64,000 nt of DNA from Candidatus Beckwithbacteria bacterium. Lineage in GTDB: Bacteria; Patescibacteriota; Microgenomatia; UBA1400; UBA1449. The stretch is from assembly GCA_012797845.1 (NCBI GenBank), contig JAAZOH010000025.1, positions 3,767-67,766 of the forward strand, read 5' to 3'. Position 1 is the first letter of the stretch. Every line of letters starts with the position of its first letter. Under the pieces are notes generated by a model. The model made no database searches. It was not told the DNA's origin and was given only the letters and a program-made list of their open reading frames with translations. Shown piece by piece: positions 1 to 7,626 of this stretch. The position numbers and the translations under genes were made by a program.

Positions 1-671
1 TGCATTTCCATTTGTTCAAATTCCCTAGTCCTAAAAATAAATTGCCGAGCGGTAATTTCGTTTCGGAAAGCTTTTCCAATTTGAGCAATTCCAAACGGTA
101 TTTTTACTCTGGTTGAGTCCAGTACATTTTTATAGTTTAAGTAAATCCCCTGGCAAGTCTCACCTCGCAGATAGCTTGGTTCTTTTGTCCAATCGCCTGT
201 AAAATTACCTAGGTTTGATTGCACTAGTAAGTTAAATTTTTTAACTTGACTAAAGTCCTGAGCTTGGCAATTAGGACATTTGATTTGATTTTTATTGCTT
301 TCAAAAAGTTGATTAATCTCTTCAGCTGACATTTTTTCATCAGCCGCAACTCCAATTCCAGCCAACAAATGATCAGCTCGGGACCGAGCATGACAAGCTC
401 GACATTCAACTAAAGGGTCAGAAAAACCAGCCACATGCCCACTAGCTTCCCAGGTTTTAGGGTGCATAAAAATAGCCGAGTCTAAACCAACCACATCTTC
501 CCGCAGTTGCACCATATAGCGCCACCAGGCTGCTTTAATATTGTTTAAAAGCTCCGCTCCCACTGGACCATAATCATAAATAGCCGCAAAGCCTCCATAA
601 ATTTCAGATGATGGATAGACAAATCCCCGACGCTTAGCTACTGCTACAATGTCTTGCAAAGAAGTAGTCAT
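1..671 (-). CDS. glyQS: Glycyl-tRNA synthetase, alpha2 (dimeric) type, N-terminal ~223 aa; the gene continues beyond the left window edge
   Basis: Manual translation of the reverse strand from the ATG at 671-669 gives MTTSLQDIVAVAKRRGFVYPSSEIYGGFAAIYDYGPVGAELLNNIKAAWW...FRNEITARQFIFRTREFEQMEMQ. This carries the class II aaRS motifs typical of Thermus/Staphylococcus-type GlyRS. It is missing from the ORF track because it runs off the window edge. Confidence 0.85.
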   Translation of the reverse strand, partial: MTTSLQDIVAVAKRRGFVYPSSEIYGGFAAIYDYGPVGAELLNNIKAAWWRYMVQLREDVVGLDSAIFMHPKTWEASGHVAGFSDPLVECRACHARSRADHLLAGIGVAADEKMSAEEINQLFESNKNQIKCPNCQAQDFSQVKKFNLLVQSNLGNFTGDWTKEPSYLRGETCQGIYLNYKNVLDSTRVKIPFGIAQIGKAFRNEITARQFIFRTREFEQMEM

Positions 672-850
672 ATATCAAGAATAAAGAATTAAAAGTAAAG
701 AATCAAGCTCTTATATCTTAATTTTTCATCTTTAAAAATAGTTGAGCTATCCGCCTTCGTCCCTGAGGCTACACATAGACTTATTCAGTCTCGTTTGCCT
801 CAGGAGACTTCGGCGGATTATTGCATTTTATAACTTAATAAGTACGCAAT

Positions 851-901
851 AAAAAAACCGTCTCTACAAAGCTTTAATTTAATAAAACTTTATAGGGACG
901 G
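851..901 (-). terminator. Intrinsic terminator of the T-box leader: 14-bp stem (13 pairs, 1 mismatch) plus a U7 tract
   Basis: Minus strand CCGTCCCTATAAAG-loop-CTTTGTAGAGACGG followed by TTTTTTT. The 5' arm overlaps the 3' half of the antiterminator. Confidence 0.65.
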
Positions 902-1006
902 TTCTTAAAGAATCGCGGTTCCACCCTATTTGACGAAACATGTAATCCAATAATTTCGTCCGCTCTTGTTTTTATAGCTCCCGCTTGCCAAAGCGATCAT
1001 AGCTTA
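851..1006 (-). promoter_or_regulatory. T-box riboswitch leader, glycine-specific type, upstream of glyQS
   Basis: The minus strand carries the 14-nt T-box consensus AGGGTGGAACCGCG within AAATAGGGTGGAACCGCG (plus 914-931). The antiterminator bulge is UGGA, and its A would pair with discriminator U73 of tRNA-Gly. Stem III (GACGAAA..TTTCGTC, plus 932-960) precedes it, a candidate GGC specifier lies at plus 987-989, and a mutually exclusive terminator overlaps its 3' side. Confidence 0.75.
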
Positions 1007-1012
1007 GTTTTT

Positions 1013-1040
1013 ATAATAGCAAATTTTGTTAAAATTACAA
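1013..1040 (-). promoter_or_regulatory. Candidate sigma70-type promoter for the glyQS leader: -35 TTGTAA, 16-nt spacer, -10 TATTAT on the minus strand
   Basis: Hexamers read directly on the reverse strand (-35 = plus 1035-1040, -10 = plus 1013-1018). They place the transcription start just upstream of the T-box stem I region. Confidence 0.35.
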
Positions 1041-1041
1041 A

Positions 1042-1269
1042 CTATGTATGTTTGCAAACTTCTTCACCTAACTCTTTACTAAAGGAAATAAGTTGTTGAG
1101 TAGTAAATATGCTCCCACTAGCCAGCAAGCCGGCTAAAATTCCAGCAGCAATTTGAGTCTCATTACCACCTAACCAAAGACCATATGCCACACCTGATGA
1201 AACAGTACTAGTAGACGCCTCAAGCAAATCTCTTAAATTGGGATTTCGAAGCAACTGTTCTTTAATCAT
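1042..1269 (-). CDS. Small hypothetical protein (75 aa) with a glycine-zipper-like hydrophobic segment (GVAYGLWLGGNETQIAAGILAGLLASGS)
   Basis: ORF between recO and the glyQS leader with no recognisable family. Could be a small membrane protein. Confidence 0.35.
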   Translation of the reverse strand: MIKEQLLRNPNLRDLLEASTSTVSSGVAYGLWLGGNETQIAAGILAGLLASGSIFTTQQLISFSKELGEEVCKHT

Positions 1270-1284
1270 ATTTATTAAGATTAA

Positions 1285-1833
1285 TTATATATCATAACAA
1301 TCTGCGCTCATCAACTTTCTTTCTAAGACATTTTCAATAAAAGCCGTAGTCTCAGTTAAAGTTTTTATAGGAGGAGTTCCAAACCCTAAAAGTTCCAAGA
1401 GGCGCAAATTAAAACGTAATAAAACTGTATCGCACCGTTCTAAAGCTAATTCCCTACTTTGCAGATATTCAAAGGCTAGTTTCAGTAATTCATAGATTTC
1501 TTCATTGACTTCTTCTTCTGGGGCTAGTTTATTAATAAGTTCAATGAGCTGATAACCAAGTTTAGTTTTTTGATAGTCAGTGGCAAAATTTTGGTAATTT
1601 TGATCAAGAAAAACTTCAGTTACAATGTCACCAGCTCGACCCTTAGCTACCAAAATACTCACTTCATTAAATAGCTCCAACAAACCGCTACGACGGGATT
1701 GCAACTTGCGAATCCCTTTGGCTTTAAGAGTAATCTTACCTTTTTCCCTGGAAAAAAAAGTGATTAGCCGATCAGCTTCAGCAAAATTCCGACGCCTAAT
1801 CACAAAACCTTGAAGACGATATGTTCTACTCAT
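1285..1833 (-). CDS. recO: DNA repair protein RecO (short, 182 aa)
   Basis: N-terminal OB-fold region RLQGFVIRRRNFAEADRLITFFSREKGKITLKAKG is typical of RecO. The gene lies upstream of glyQS as in many bacteria. Confidence 0.7.
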   Translation of the reverse strand: MSRTYRLQGFVIRRRNFAEADRLITFFSREKGKITLKAKGIRKLQSRRSGLLELFNEVSILVAKGRAGDIVTEVFLDQNYQNFATDYQKTKLGYQLIELINKLAPEEEVNEEIYELLKLAFEYLQSRELALERCDTVLLRFNLRLLELLGFGTPPIKTLTETTAFIENVLERKLMSADCYDI

Positions 1834-1839
1834 GCTAGC

Positions 1840-4419
1840 TTAGATTTTCCAACTTTTAGTCGTATCTTTATCTAAAGTAAATTCTTCTTCTTGGCCTTTG
1901 ATGCGGACAATGTACTTACTATTTTTAGTACCAGGTTGTTTTTGAACTAGCATACTATAAGCATCACCAGCTTTTACTTTAAAAGGTAAAGTGTAAGTAA
2001 TAATAATCTTAGCTTTTTTCTCAGGATATAGTTCAAAAAAGCCTTCAAACACGGTTTTGTCCAAATCTTCACTTTGAGTAATTTTAGTTAAAGCTCCTCG
2101 CCCTTCCTCCAATTTTGAACCTTTTGGTACATAAATCCGGAAATAATCACGCCATTTTCCAGACAAACATAAGTCACCAGCTTCCAAATTACAATTATCC
2201 ATTGGTTCAGGATGGGTATAGGTAATTGTCAAAGTCTTGGTAACCGTACCATCATCGGCAATTTCGATATCCTGTTCAGCTTCCTGATCAATATAAAAAT
2301 TAGATTTAGCCCCACCAAGATTAGCGTCATTGATGTGCAAATAATCATTTTTAGCTTCATTGATTCTACCGGCAATATTGAAAGCTTCAGCAGCTTTTTG
2401 TAGCTTTTCATCTTTAAAATAAACCAGCAGATGTTTTTCTTCCATGAGTTGAAACATAAGCGGCACTAGTTTAGCTAGTTGTTCCTTACCACCACCCAAA
2501 GATTTTTTCATCAGAGCTTGCATCATTGGACCCAAAATAGAAGTTTTACGGTTAGTCACTACGGTAGCTAGTGGCTTATCAACAATGTGTTCCAGCTCGC
2601 AAACAATTTGAGCTAAATTACACCTAGGATCATTTTCAACTGTAAAGGTTCCATAATCATCAACTACCAAAGGACCAGTCACTTCAACCATGCGCCGTAA
2701 CACTTCTGTATCAATAGCAATAATGCCATCTACTTTATATTCATCTTTAAGTTCTGAATAGTATTTATCAAAAGTAGTCATAGATACATAATAATCAGGT
2801 GAGAAATTCATATTGCGCAAATACCAATAGTCTTCATTCATGTGAATTTTAAATGGTTCTGGAGCTTCAACTTTGTTGCCAAATTTCTTATCCAAACTAT
2901 AAATATCATCACTTTTCTCTGGGGTAGTTCGTCCTTTATCAATATTAATAACTGCAAAAGCACTCATAAAACCACCAGTTGGTCGCAGTTCACCATCATT
3001 TTGGAAAATAACTAAGTATTTCTTACTTGTCGGATACCCTAAAATTTGAGGTAAAACTTCAACTAACGGTCTGGCGTCAGTGACCGCTACCACAGCTTCA
3101 GCTACCAAGGCTTTACCTTGAATTAGGCGAGGTCTGATTGATTTGCCCTGAAGCTCTTCAGGATAGTCATTTGGGTCAATTTTATCTAGCTCATCTTCCA
3201 CAATCTGAAGTTTTTGCGAAACTTCTTCCAGTTTCGGAGTCACTTTGTCTAAAGTTTCAACTACTTTAACGATTCGGTCTTCAGCTGTTCCACCTTCAAA
3301 GCTACCTTGACCTTTTAAACCCAACACATCAGCATACGGCAAAACTGCATCAACTAAAATTTCTCCAGCTTCAATTCCAGCCACTCCAGCTTTAAGTCCA
3401 GCTTCAGCATCAGTAGCATAAGTTGATACAAACGGTATCGCTTTAAGCCATGAGAGCTTCTGATAGGCTTTTTGAGTAGCCAACAATGCTGTTTTAGTTT
3501 CACTTAACTTGGTTTTAGCTGGTTCTAAATCTTGGTTTTTGACTAAAGTATAAGCCTCTTGGGCTAAGGTCATAGTTTTCTGACCATTATCTAGAACCGG
3601 CTTTGCTAGTAAATAAGTGGTGGCCCCTAAGGCAATTACAAGCACCAAAACTACCCCCACTCCAATCCCAATCAGTTTTAAAGTTTTTTTACCCTTTTTC
3701 TGTTCTGCTTTTGGAGGTTGTTCTGTTTTTTTCTTACCAAACGGTAATTTAGCTTTAATTTTTGCCATAAGTGATAGTTTTTCTTCTTTTTCTACTTCCT
3801 GGTTTTGTTCAGGTTGAGATTCTACTTTTGGTTCTTGAGATTGAGCTTCATTTGGCTGATTTTCTTGAGGCTGCACTTGGGCTTCTACTGGTTTAGCAGC
3901 TTCACCTTGAGTCTGGTTTTCTTCAGGTTTAGTGGCTTCTGGTTGGGATTGTGCTTCTTGAGGCTTAGTTGTCGTCTCAGCTTGTGTTTGATTTTCTGCT
4001 GGAGCTGCCTCAGCCTGAACTTGGCTACTAGCATTGCCTGACTCCACTTTTCCTGGTTCGGTTTGTACTGGTTCAGTAGGAGCTGTCTCGGCTTTATTAG
4101 CTTCATTTTGAACTGGCTCTGGGGCATCTTTTTTGCCATCTTCAACTACCTGTGAATCTACTGGCTCGGTTTTTTTAGGGTCAGTATTTTGCTCAGCTGC
4201 AGCTTCTTGAGACTTTTCAGCTTCAACTGGCTTAGCGTCATTAGTCTCAGCTTTCTCTGGTTGAACTGAGGTTTCCGGCTCATTAAGTGCCTTAAGTTCG
4301 GTCGCTACTTCTTTAATCTCATTAACCAACTCTTGTGTTTCAGAGGAGATATCAGTTGTTTTATCATGAATGATTTGTTTTTTTGTTTTGGGCATAGGCA
4401 AGATGGCTCCGCTTACCAT
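1840..4419 (-). CDS. Membrane-anchored extracytoplasmic protein, DUF4012-like, with a ~230-aa disordered E/P/Q/T/A/K-rich cytoplasmic N-terminus
   Basis: Low-complexity N-terminus, then a single TM (LIGIGVGVVLVLVIALGATTYLL), then a large conserved C-terminal domain. This architecture resembles DUF4012 proteins found beside polysaccharide loci. Confidence 0.45.
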   Translation of the reverse strand: MVSGAILPMPKTKKQIIHDKTTDISSETQELVNEIKEVATELKALNEPETSVQPEKAETNDAKPVEAEKSQEAAAEQNTDPKKTEPVDSQVVEDGKKDAPEPVQNEANKAETAPTEPVQTEPGKVESGNASSQVQAEAAPAENQTQAETTTKPQEAQSQPEATKPEENQTQGEAAKPVEAQVQPQENQPNEAQSQEPKVESQPEQNQEVEKEEKLSLMAKIKAKLPFGKKKTEQPPKAEQKKGKKTLKLIGIGVGVVLVLVIALGATTYLLAKPVLDNGQKTMTLAQEAYTLVKNQDLEPAKTKLSETKTALLATQKAYQKLSWLKAIPFVSTYATDAEAGLKAGVAGIEAGEILVDAVLPYADVLGLKGQGSFEGGTAEDRIVKVVETLDKVTPKLEEVSQKLQIVEDELDKIDPNDYPEELQGKSIRPRLIQGKALVAEAVVAVTDARPLVEVLPQILGYPTSKKYLVIFQNDGELRPTGGFMSAFAVINIDKGRTTPEKSDDIYSLDKKFGNKVEAPEPFKIHMNEDYWYLRNMNFSPDYYVSMTTFDKYYSELKDEYKVDGIIAIDTEVLRRMVEVTGPLVVDDYGTFTVENDPRCNLAQIVCELEHIVDKPLATVVTNRKTSILGPMMQALMKKSLGGGKEQLAKLVPLMFQLMEEKHLLVYFKDEKLQKAAEAFNIAGRINEAKNDYLHINDANLGGAKSNFYIDQEAEQDIEIADDGTVTKTLTITYTHPEPMDNCNLEAGDLCLSGKWRDYFRIYVPKGSKLEEGRGALTKITQSEDLDKTVFEGFFELYPEKKAKIIITYTLPFKVKAGDAYSMLVQKQPGTKNSKYIVRIKGQEEEFTLDKDTTKSWKI

Positions 4420-5033
4420 TTAGTAATCATGGCTTGAGGAGTTTTTAACATAATAACTATATCATCTTTTAGACTATGATTGCGAGCATAATCACTATCC
4501 ATTTTAGCGCGTTTATCAAACGGGATTTCATTACGACCCGAAGTTTGCCAAGGACCAGTCATACCGGGCTTAACTTTGTAAATATTTTTAACCCATTTTC
4601 TAGTATGGGGATATTTTTTAGTCTGCTCATCTAATTCTTTTTTAAGATAGGCTCGGGGACCCACAATACTCATATCGCCTTTTAAAACGTTGTAAAGCTG
4701 GGGAAATTCATCCAATGTCAAATTGCGCATGATTTTACCCAATGGGGTAATCCGCGGATCATTAACTAGTTTCCAGTCACATTTTTTAAACTCTTCCAAT
4801 AGTTTTTTATCCTGCTTATGCAAAATATCGTCAGCATTAACTACCATAGACCTAAATTTATAAAACCAGAATTCTTTACCATTTTTACCCACTCGCCTAT
4901 GTTTGTAAAAAACTGGGCCTGGTGAATCGAGTTTAATGAGCAGCGGTAAAATAAGCCAGATCGGCAAAAATAAAACAAAAAGGATCAATGCCACTAAAAT
5001 ATCTATTGCTCGTTTGAGCGGTTCATAATCCAT
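4413..5033 (-). CDS. Initiating polyprenyl-phosphate sugar-1-phosphate transferase (small monotopic PGT, Bac_transf/PglC-WbaP C-domain type)
   Basis: Has an N-terminal re-entrant helix and the DEFPQLYNVLKGDMSIVGPRA motif characteristic of bacterial sugar transferases. Confidence 0.8.
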   Translation of the reverse strand: MDYEPLKRAIDILVALILFVLFLPIWLILPLLIKLDSPGPVFYKHRRVGKNGKEFWFYKFRSMVVNADDILHKQDKKLLEEFKKCDWKLVNDPRITPLGKIMRNLTLDEFPQLYNVLKGDMSIVGPRAYLKKELDEQTKKYPHTRKWVKNIYKVKPGMTGPWQTSGRNEIPFDKRAKMDSDYARNHSLKDDIVIMLKTPQAMITKW

Positions 5034-5042
5034 ATATTAATC

Positions 5043-6125
5043 TTAGTTTTGATACAAACTGTTGTAAAGCTCTTTTACCTTAGGAGCCTGAGCCATGGGG
5101 CAAACCAGTAAACCGGCATCACTATTGACCACAATCATATTAGATAAGCCGATTAAACCAACCGTTTTCCCTTGATGATTAATAATTAAAGAGTTACTCA
5201 CATCTAATAAATTTACCTTGCCAATAATCACATTACCATCATTATCTTTATCTAAACCATGATACAGCAGTTCCCAAGTTCCCACATCAATCCAACCCAT
5301 ATCAACTGGTAAATCCCACTGACTTTTAGGCGGCAACTTTTCAAAAATACCGTAATCGATCGATACTTTTTCCATCTGGGGATATTCTTCTTCCAGTACT
5401 GATTGATATTGTGGTGTATCAACAACCTTACTAATCTTCTCAAGCCGTGCATAAATTTGAGGCGCATATTTTTGATAGTAAGAGAGTAAAAGTGATGGCT
5501 TAGTAGCCATGTAGCCAACATGAATTAGATATTCATGTGATCTAAATAATTTTTGAGCAGTTTCTAAATCCGGTTTTTCTACCTGTTGTAAAAATTCATA
5601 AACATCATGTTTAGCTTCGGTTTTGACTTTCTGGCCAATTTTAATCCAACCGTTATGAACAGATGGATAAGTAGGAAAACAGTCTACGTGAACTATCCGA
5701 TCATGAGCAGCAGCCAAAGAAGCCGCCTCGCAAATTGCATCCAAAAAGACTTCATCATTTTGAATCACATGATCTGCTCCCCAAAGCATAATCATAACTG
5801 CCTTAGGGTGACGTTTAGCAATCACTGACGTAGCCAAACCAACAGCTCCAAGATTGTCCCGCATGGCTGGTTCTAAAATTAAGTTTTTATCAGGAATTTG
5901 TGGGGCTTGTTTTTTGAGCTGGTCTTTAAATTTCTCTGAAGTAGCAATATAGACATCTTCAGGCTTAAAACGCTTTAAAACTCTGGCTACAAACTCGGCA
6001 AATATTGACCGCTTGCCCAACAAACCCTCAAATTGTTTCGGATGGTCCATATTGCTAATCGGCCACATCCGAGTGCCTTTACCGCCACACATAATTAAGA
6101 CTTTGATTTCTGGTTTTGTCTCCAT
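5043..6125 (-). CDS. manC: Mannose-1-phosphate guanylyltransferase (GDP-mannose pyrophosphorylase)
   Basis: N-terminal nucleotidyltransferase signature LIMCGGKGTRMWPIS, and overall length and pattern like ManC/CpsB. Confidence 0.7.
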   Translation of the reverse strand: METKPEIKVLIMCGGKGTRMWPISNMDHPKQFEGLLGKRSIFAEFVARVLKRFKPEDVYIATSEKFKDQLKKQAPQIPDKNLILEPAMRDNLGAVGLATSVIAKRHPKAVMIMLWGADHVIQNDEVFLDAICEAASLAAAHDRIVHVDCFPTYPSVHNGWIKIGQKVKTEAKHDVYEFLQQVEKPDLETAQKLFRSHEYLIHVGYMATKPSLLLSYYQKYAPQIYARLEKISKVVDTPQYQSVLEEEYPQMEKVSIDYGIFEKLPPKSQWDLPVDMGWIDVGTWELLYHGLDKDNDGNVIIGKVNLLDVSNSLIINHQGKTVGLIGLSNMIVVNSDAGLLVCPMAQAPKVKELYNSLYQN

Positions 6126-7195
6126 AATTCCTCCACAATTTTTGCAAAATTGTTTTTAAAAATTGTTTTACTAAATTTTTGAGCTTGCGCTTTGCAAACT
6201 TGAGCTGAAAAGTCTTTCTTTTCAAATTCTAGCAAAGCTTTTTCTAAACTAGATACTGATTGTTTTTTAAAAAGTATTCCGGTTTTATTTGAAATAATTG
6301 TATCTAAAACGCCACCTTTAGCAAAAGCAATTACTGGTTTACCAAAGCTCATTGCTTCAACCGGCACAATTCCAAAATCCTCATAACCGGCAAACAAAAC
6401 TGCCTGACAGCGCTTATAGTACATAGCAAGTATGTCATCTGTCAAATTTCCCACAAAATAAATAGTTTTACCGACTAGCTTTCTAAGCCTTTTTTCCTGT
6501 TCACCACTACCTACTATTATTAAATTTCGTTGCAATTTATTACAAACTTTGATTGCCAAATCAACCCGTTTATAAGAAACCAAACGAGAAACCACTAGAT
6601 AAAACCGCTTTGGTGTTTTTATAGGCAATATTGTTTTTGGTTCAGATAGCTCAACTGGCGGAAATATAATGCGGCTATCTTGATGGTAGTATCGCTTAAT
6701 TCTTTGAGAAACAGCTGTGGAAATAGCAATAAAGTGATCAATGTTTTGGATCGCTTTAAAATCAGTTTGCCGCAAAAATGGACCCAACAATTTTAAAAAT
6801 AAGCCTTTAATACCTTCTCGTTCATAACTTTTGCGATGCGACCATAAATAGCGGGTTGGCGTCAGACAATAGCAAATGTGGAGTGTCTGAGAACCAGTTT
6901 TTATGTGTTTAGCTTCAGCTGAAGTCACTGAAATAACTATGTCAAATTCATCAAAATTAAACTTGGAAAAGGCTAAAGGCGTCAACCAAGCAAACCATTC
7001 ATGATGATCTTTTGCAAAAGGTATGTTTTGTAAAAATGAAGTTTTAACATTAAAAACTTTGGCCCAAGGAGCTTTAGTAGGGTTGTAGACTGTTGTATAA
7101 AGAGGAGCTTGAGGCCAAATTTCATGTAGGGCTAACAAAACCCGCTCAGCCCCACCAAACTTATTGACCCGATCATAGACTAAAGCAATTTTCAT
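6095..7195 (-). CDS. Glycosyltransferase family 4 (GT-B, retaining)
   Basis: C-terminal EX7E-type motif YEDFGIVPVEAMSFGKPVIA. Confidence 0.8.
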   Translation of the reverse strand: MKIALVYDRVNKFGGAERVLLALHEIWPQAPLYTTVYNPTKAPWAKVFNVKTSFLQNIPFAKDHHEWFAWLTPLAFSKFNFDEFDIVISVTSAEAKHIKTGSQTLHICYCLTPTRYLWSHRKSYEREGIKGLFLKLLGPFLRQTDFKAIQNIDHFIAISTAVSQRIKRYYHQDSRIIFPPVELSEPKTILPIKTPKRFYLVVSRLVSYKRVDLAIKVCNKLQRNLIIVGSGEQEKRLRKLVGKTIYFVGNLTDDILAMYYKRCQAVLFAGYEDFGIVPVEAMSFGKPVIAFAKGGVLDTIISNKTGILFKKQSVSSLEKALLEFEKKDFSAQVCKAQAQKFSKTIFKNNFAKIVEELWRQNQKSKS

Positions 7196-7619
7196 AAAAT
7201 TTTCTAAGGTGAATAATATCTTTTCTACTTATATGTGTAAAAATTAGTTTAGTTGCCAGATGTTGCCAATTTATAAATTCACTGACTTTATACATAGTCC
7301 AATTACAAAAACTTCTTGACTGATAGTTAGATGTTTTAAAATTCAAATATGTTGGTATAAATAAATTATAGCTATCTATTCCATTTCTTGTTATTTTGGC
7401 CTTTTTATTAAAAATATTTACAGTTTGGGGCTCAAAACATGATTGGCCATATTTTTTAAAAGCAATTCCTACAACATAATCAGGTTTATTTTGAATAATT
7501 AATTGCTTAAATGTTTCAATATCTTTTGTTAGTTTATAAAAATAGAAAATACTGGGAAAAATATCTTCTATTTCTTTTTTATAGGGAAAGGTTTTAAAGC
7601 TATAAACCAACAGATTCAT
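7173..7619 (-). CDS. Miniaturised pyroglutamyl-peptidase I (peptidase C15)-like protein, 148 aa
   Basis: Alignable by eye to Pcp. The N-terminus LLVYSFKTF matches VLLTGFDPF, NKPDYVVGIAFKKYGQSCFEPQTVN matches HQPDIIICVGQAGGRxxITPERVAIN (catalytic Glu), SFCNWTMY matches TFVCNHLFY (catalytic Cys), and FTHIS matches FIHIPY (His). The gene is AT-rich. Confidence 0.35.
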   Translation of the reverse strand: MNLLVYSFKTFPYKKEIEDIFPSIFYFYKLTKDIETFKQLIIQNKPDYVVGIAFKKYGQSCFEPQTVNIFNKKAKITRNGIDSYNLFIPTYLNFKTSNYQSRSFCNWTMYKVSEFINWQHLATKLIFTHISRKDIIHLRKFYENCFSL

Positions 7620-7626
7620 TTTATTT

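Noticed and set aside
224-409. 61-aa ORF on the minus strand from the ORF track
   Set aside because: It lies out of frame inside the clearly homologous glyQS reading frame (1..671, minus), so it is a spurious overlapping ORF.
3780-4300. Degenerate DNA repeats (GGTT/GCTTC..TTG-type) that might have been a tandem-repeat array or CRISPR-like structure
   Set aside because: The repeats are imperfect, unspaced, and in frame within the 859-aa ORF. They simply encode its disordered Glu/Pro/Gln-rich tail. No repeat-spacer periodicity is present.
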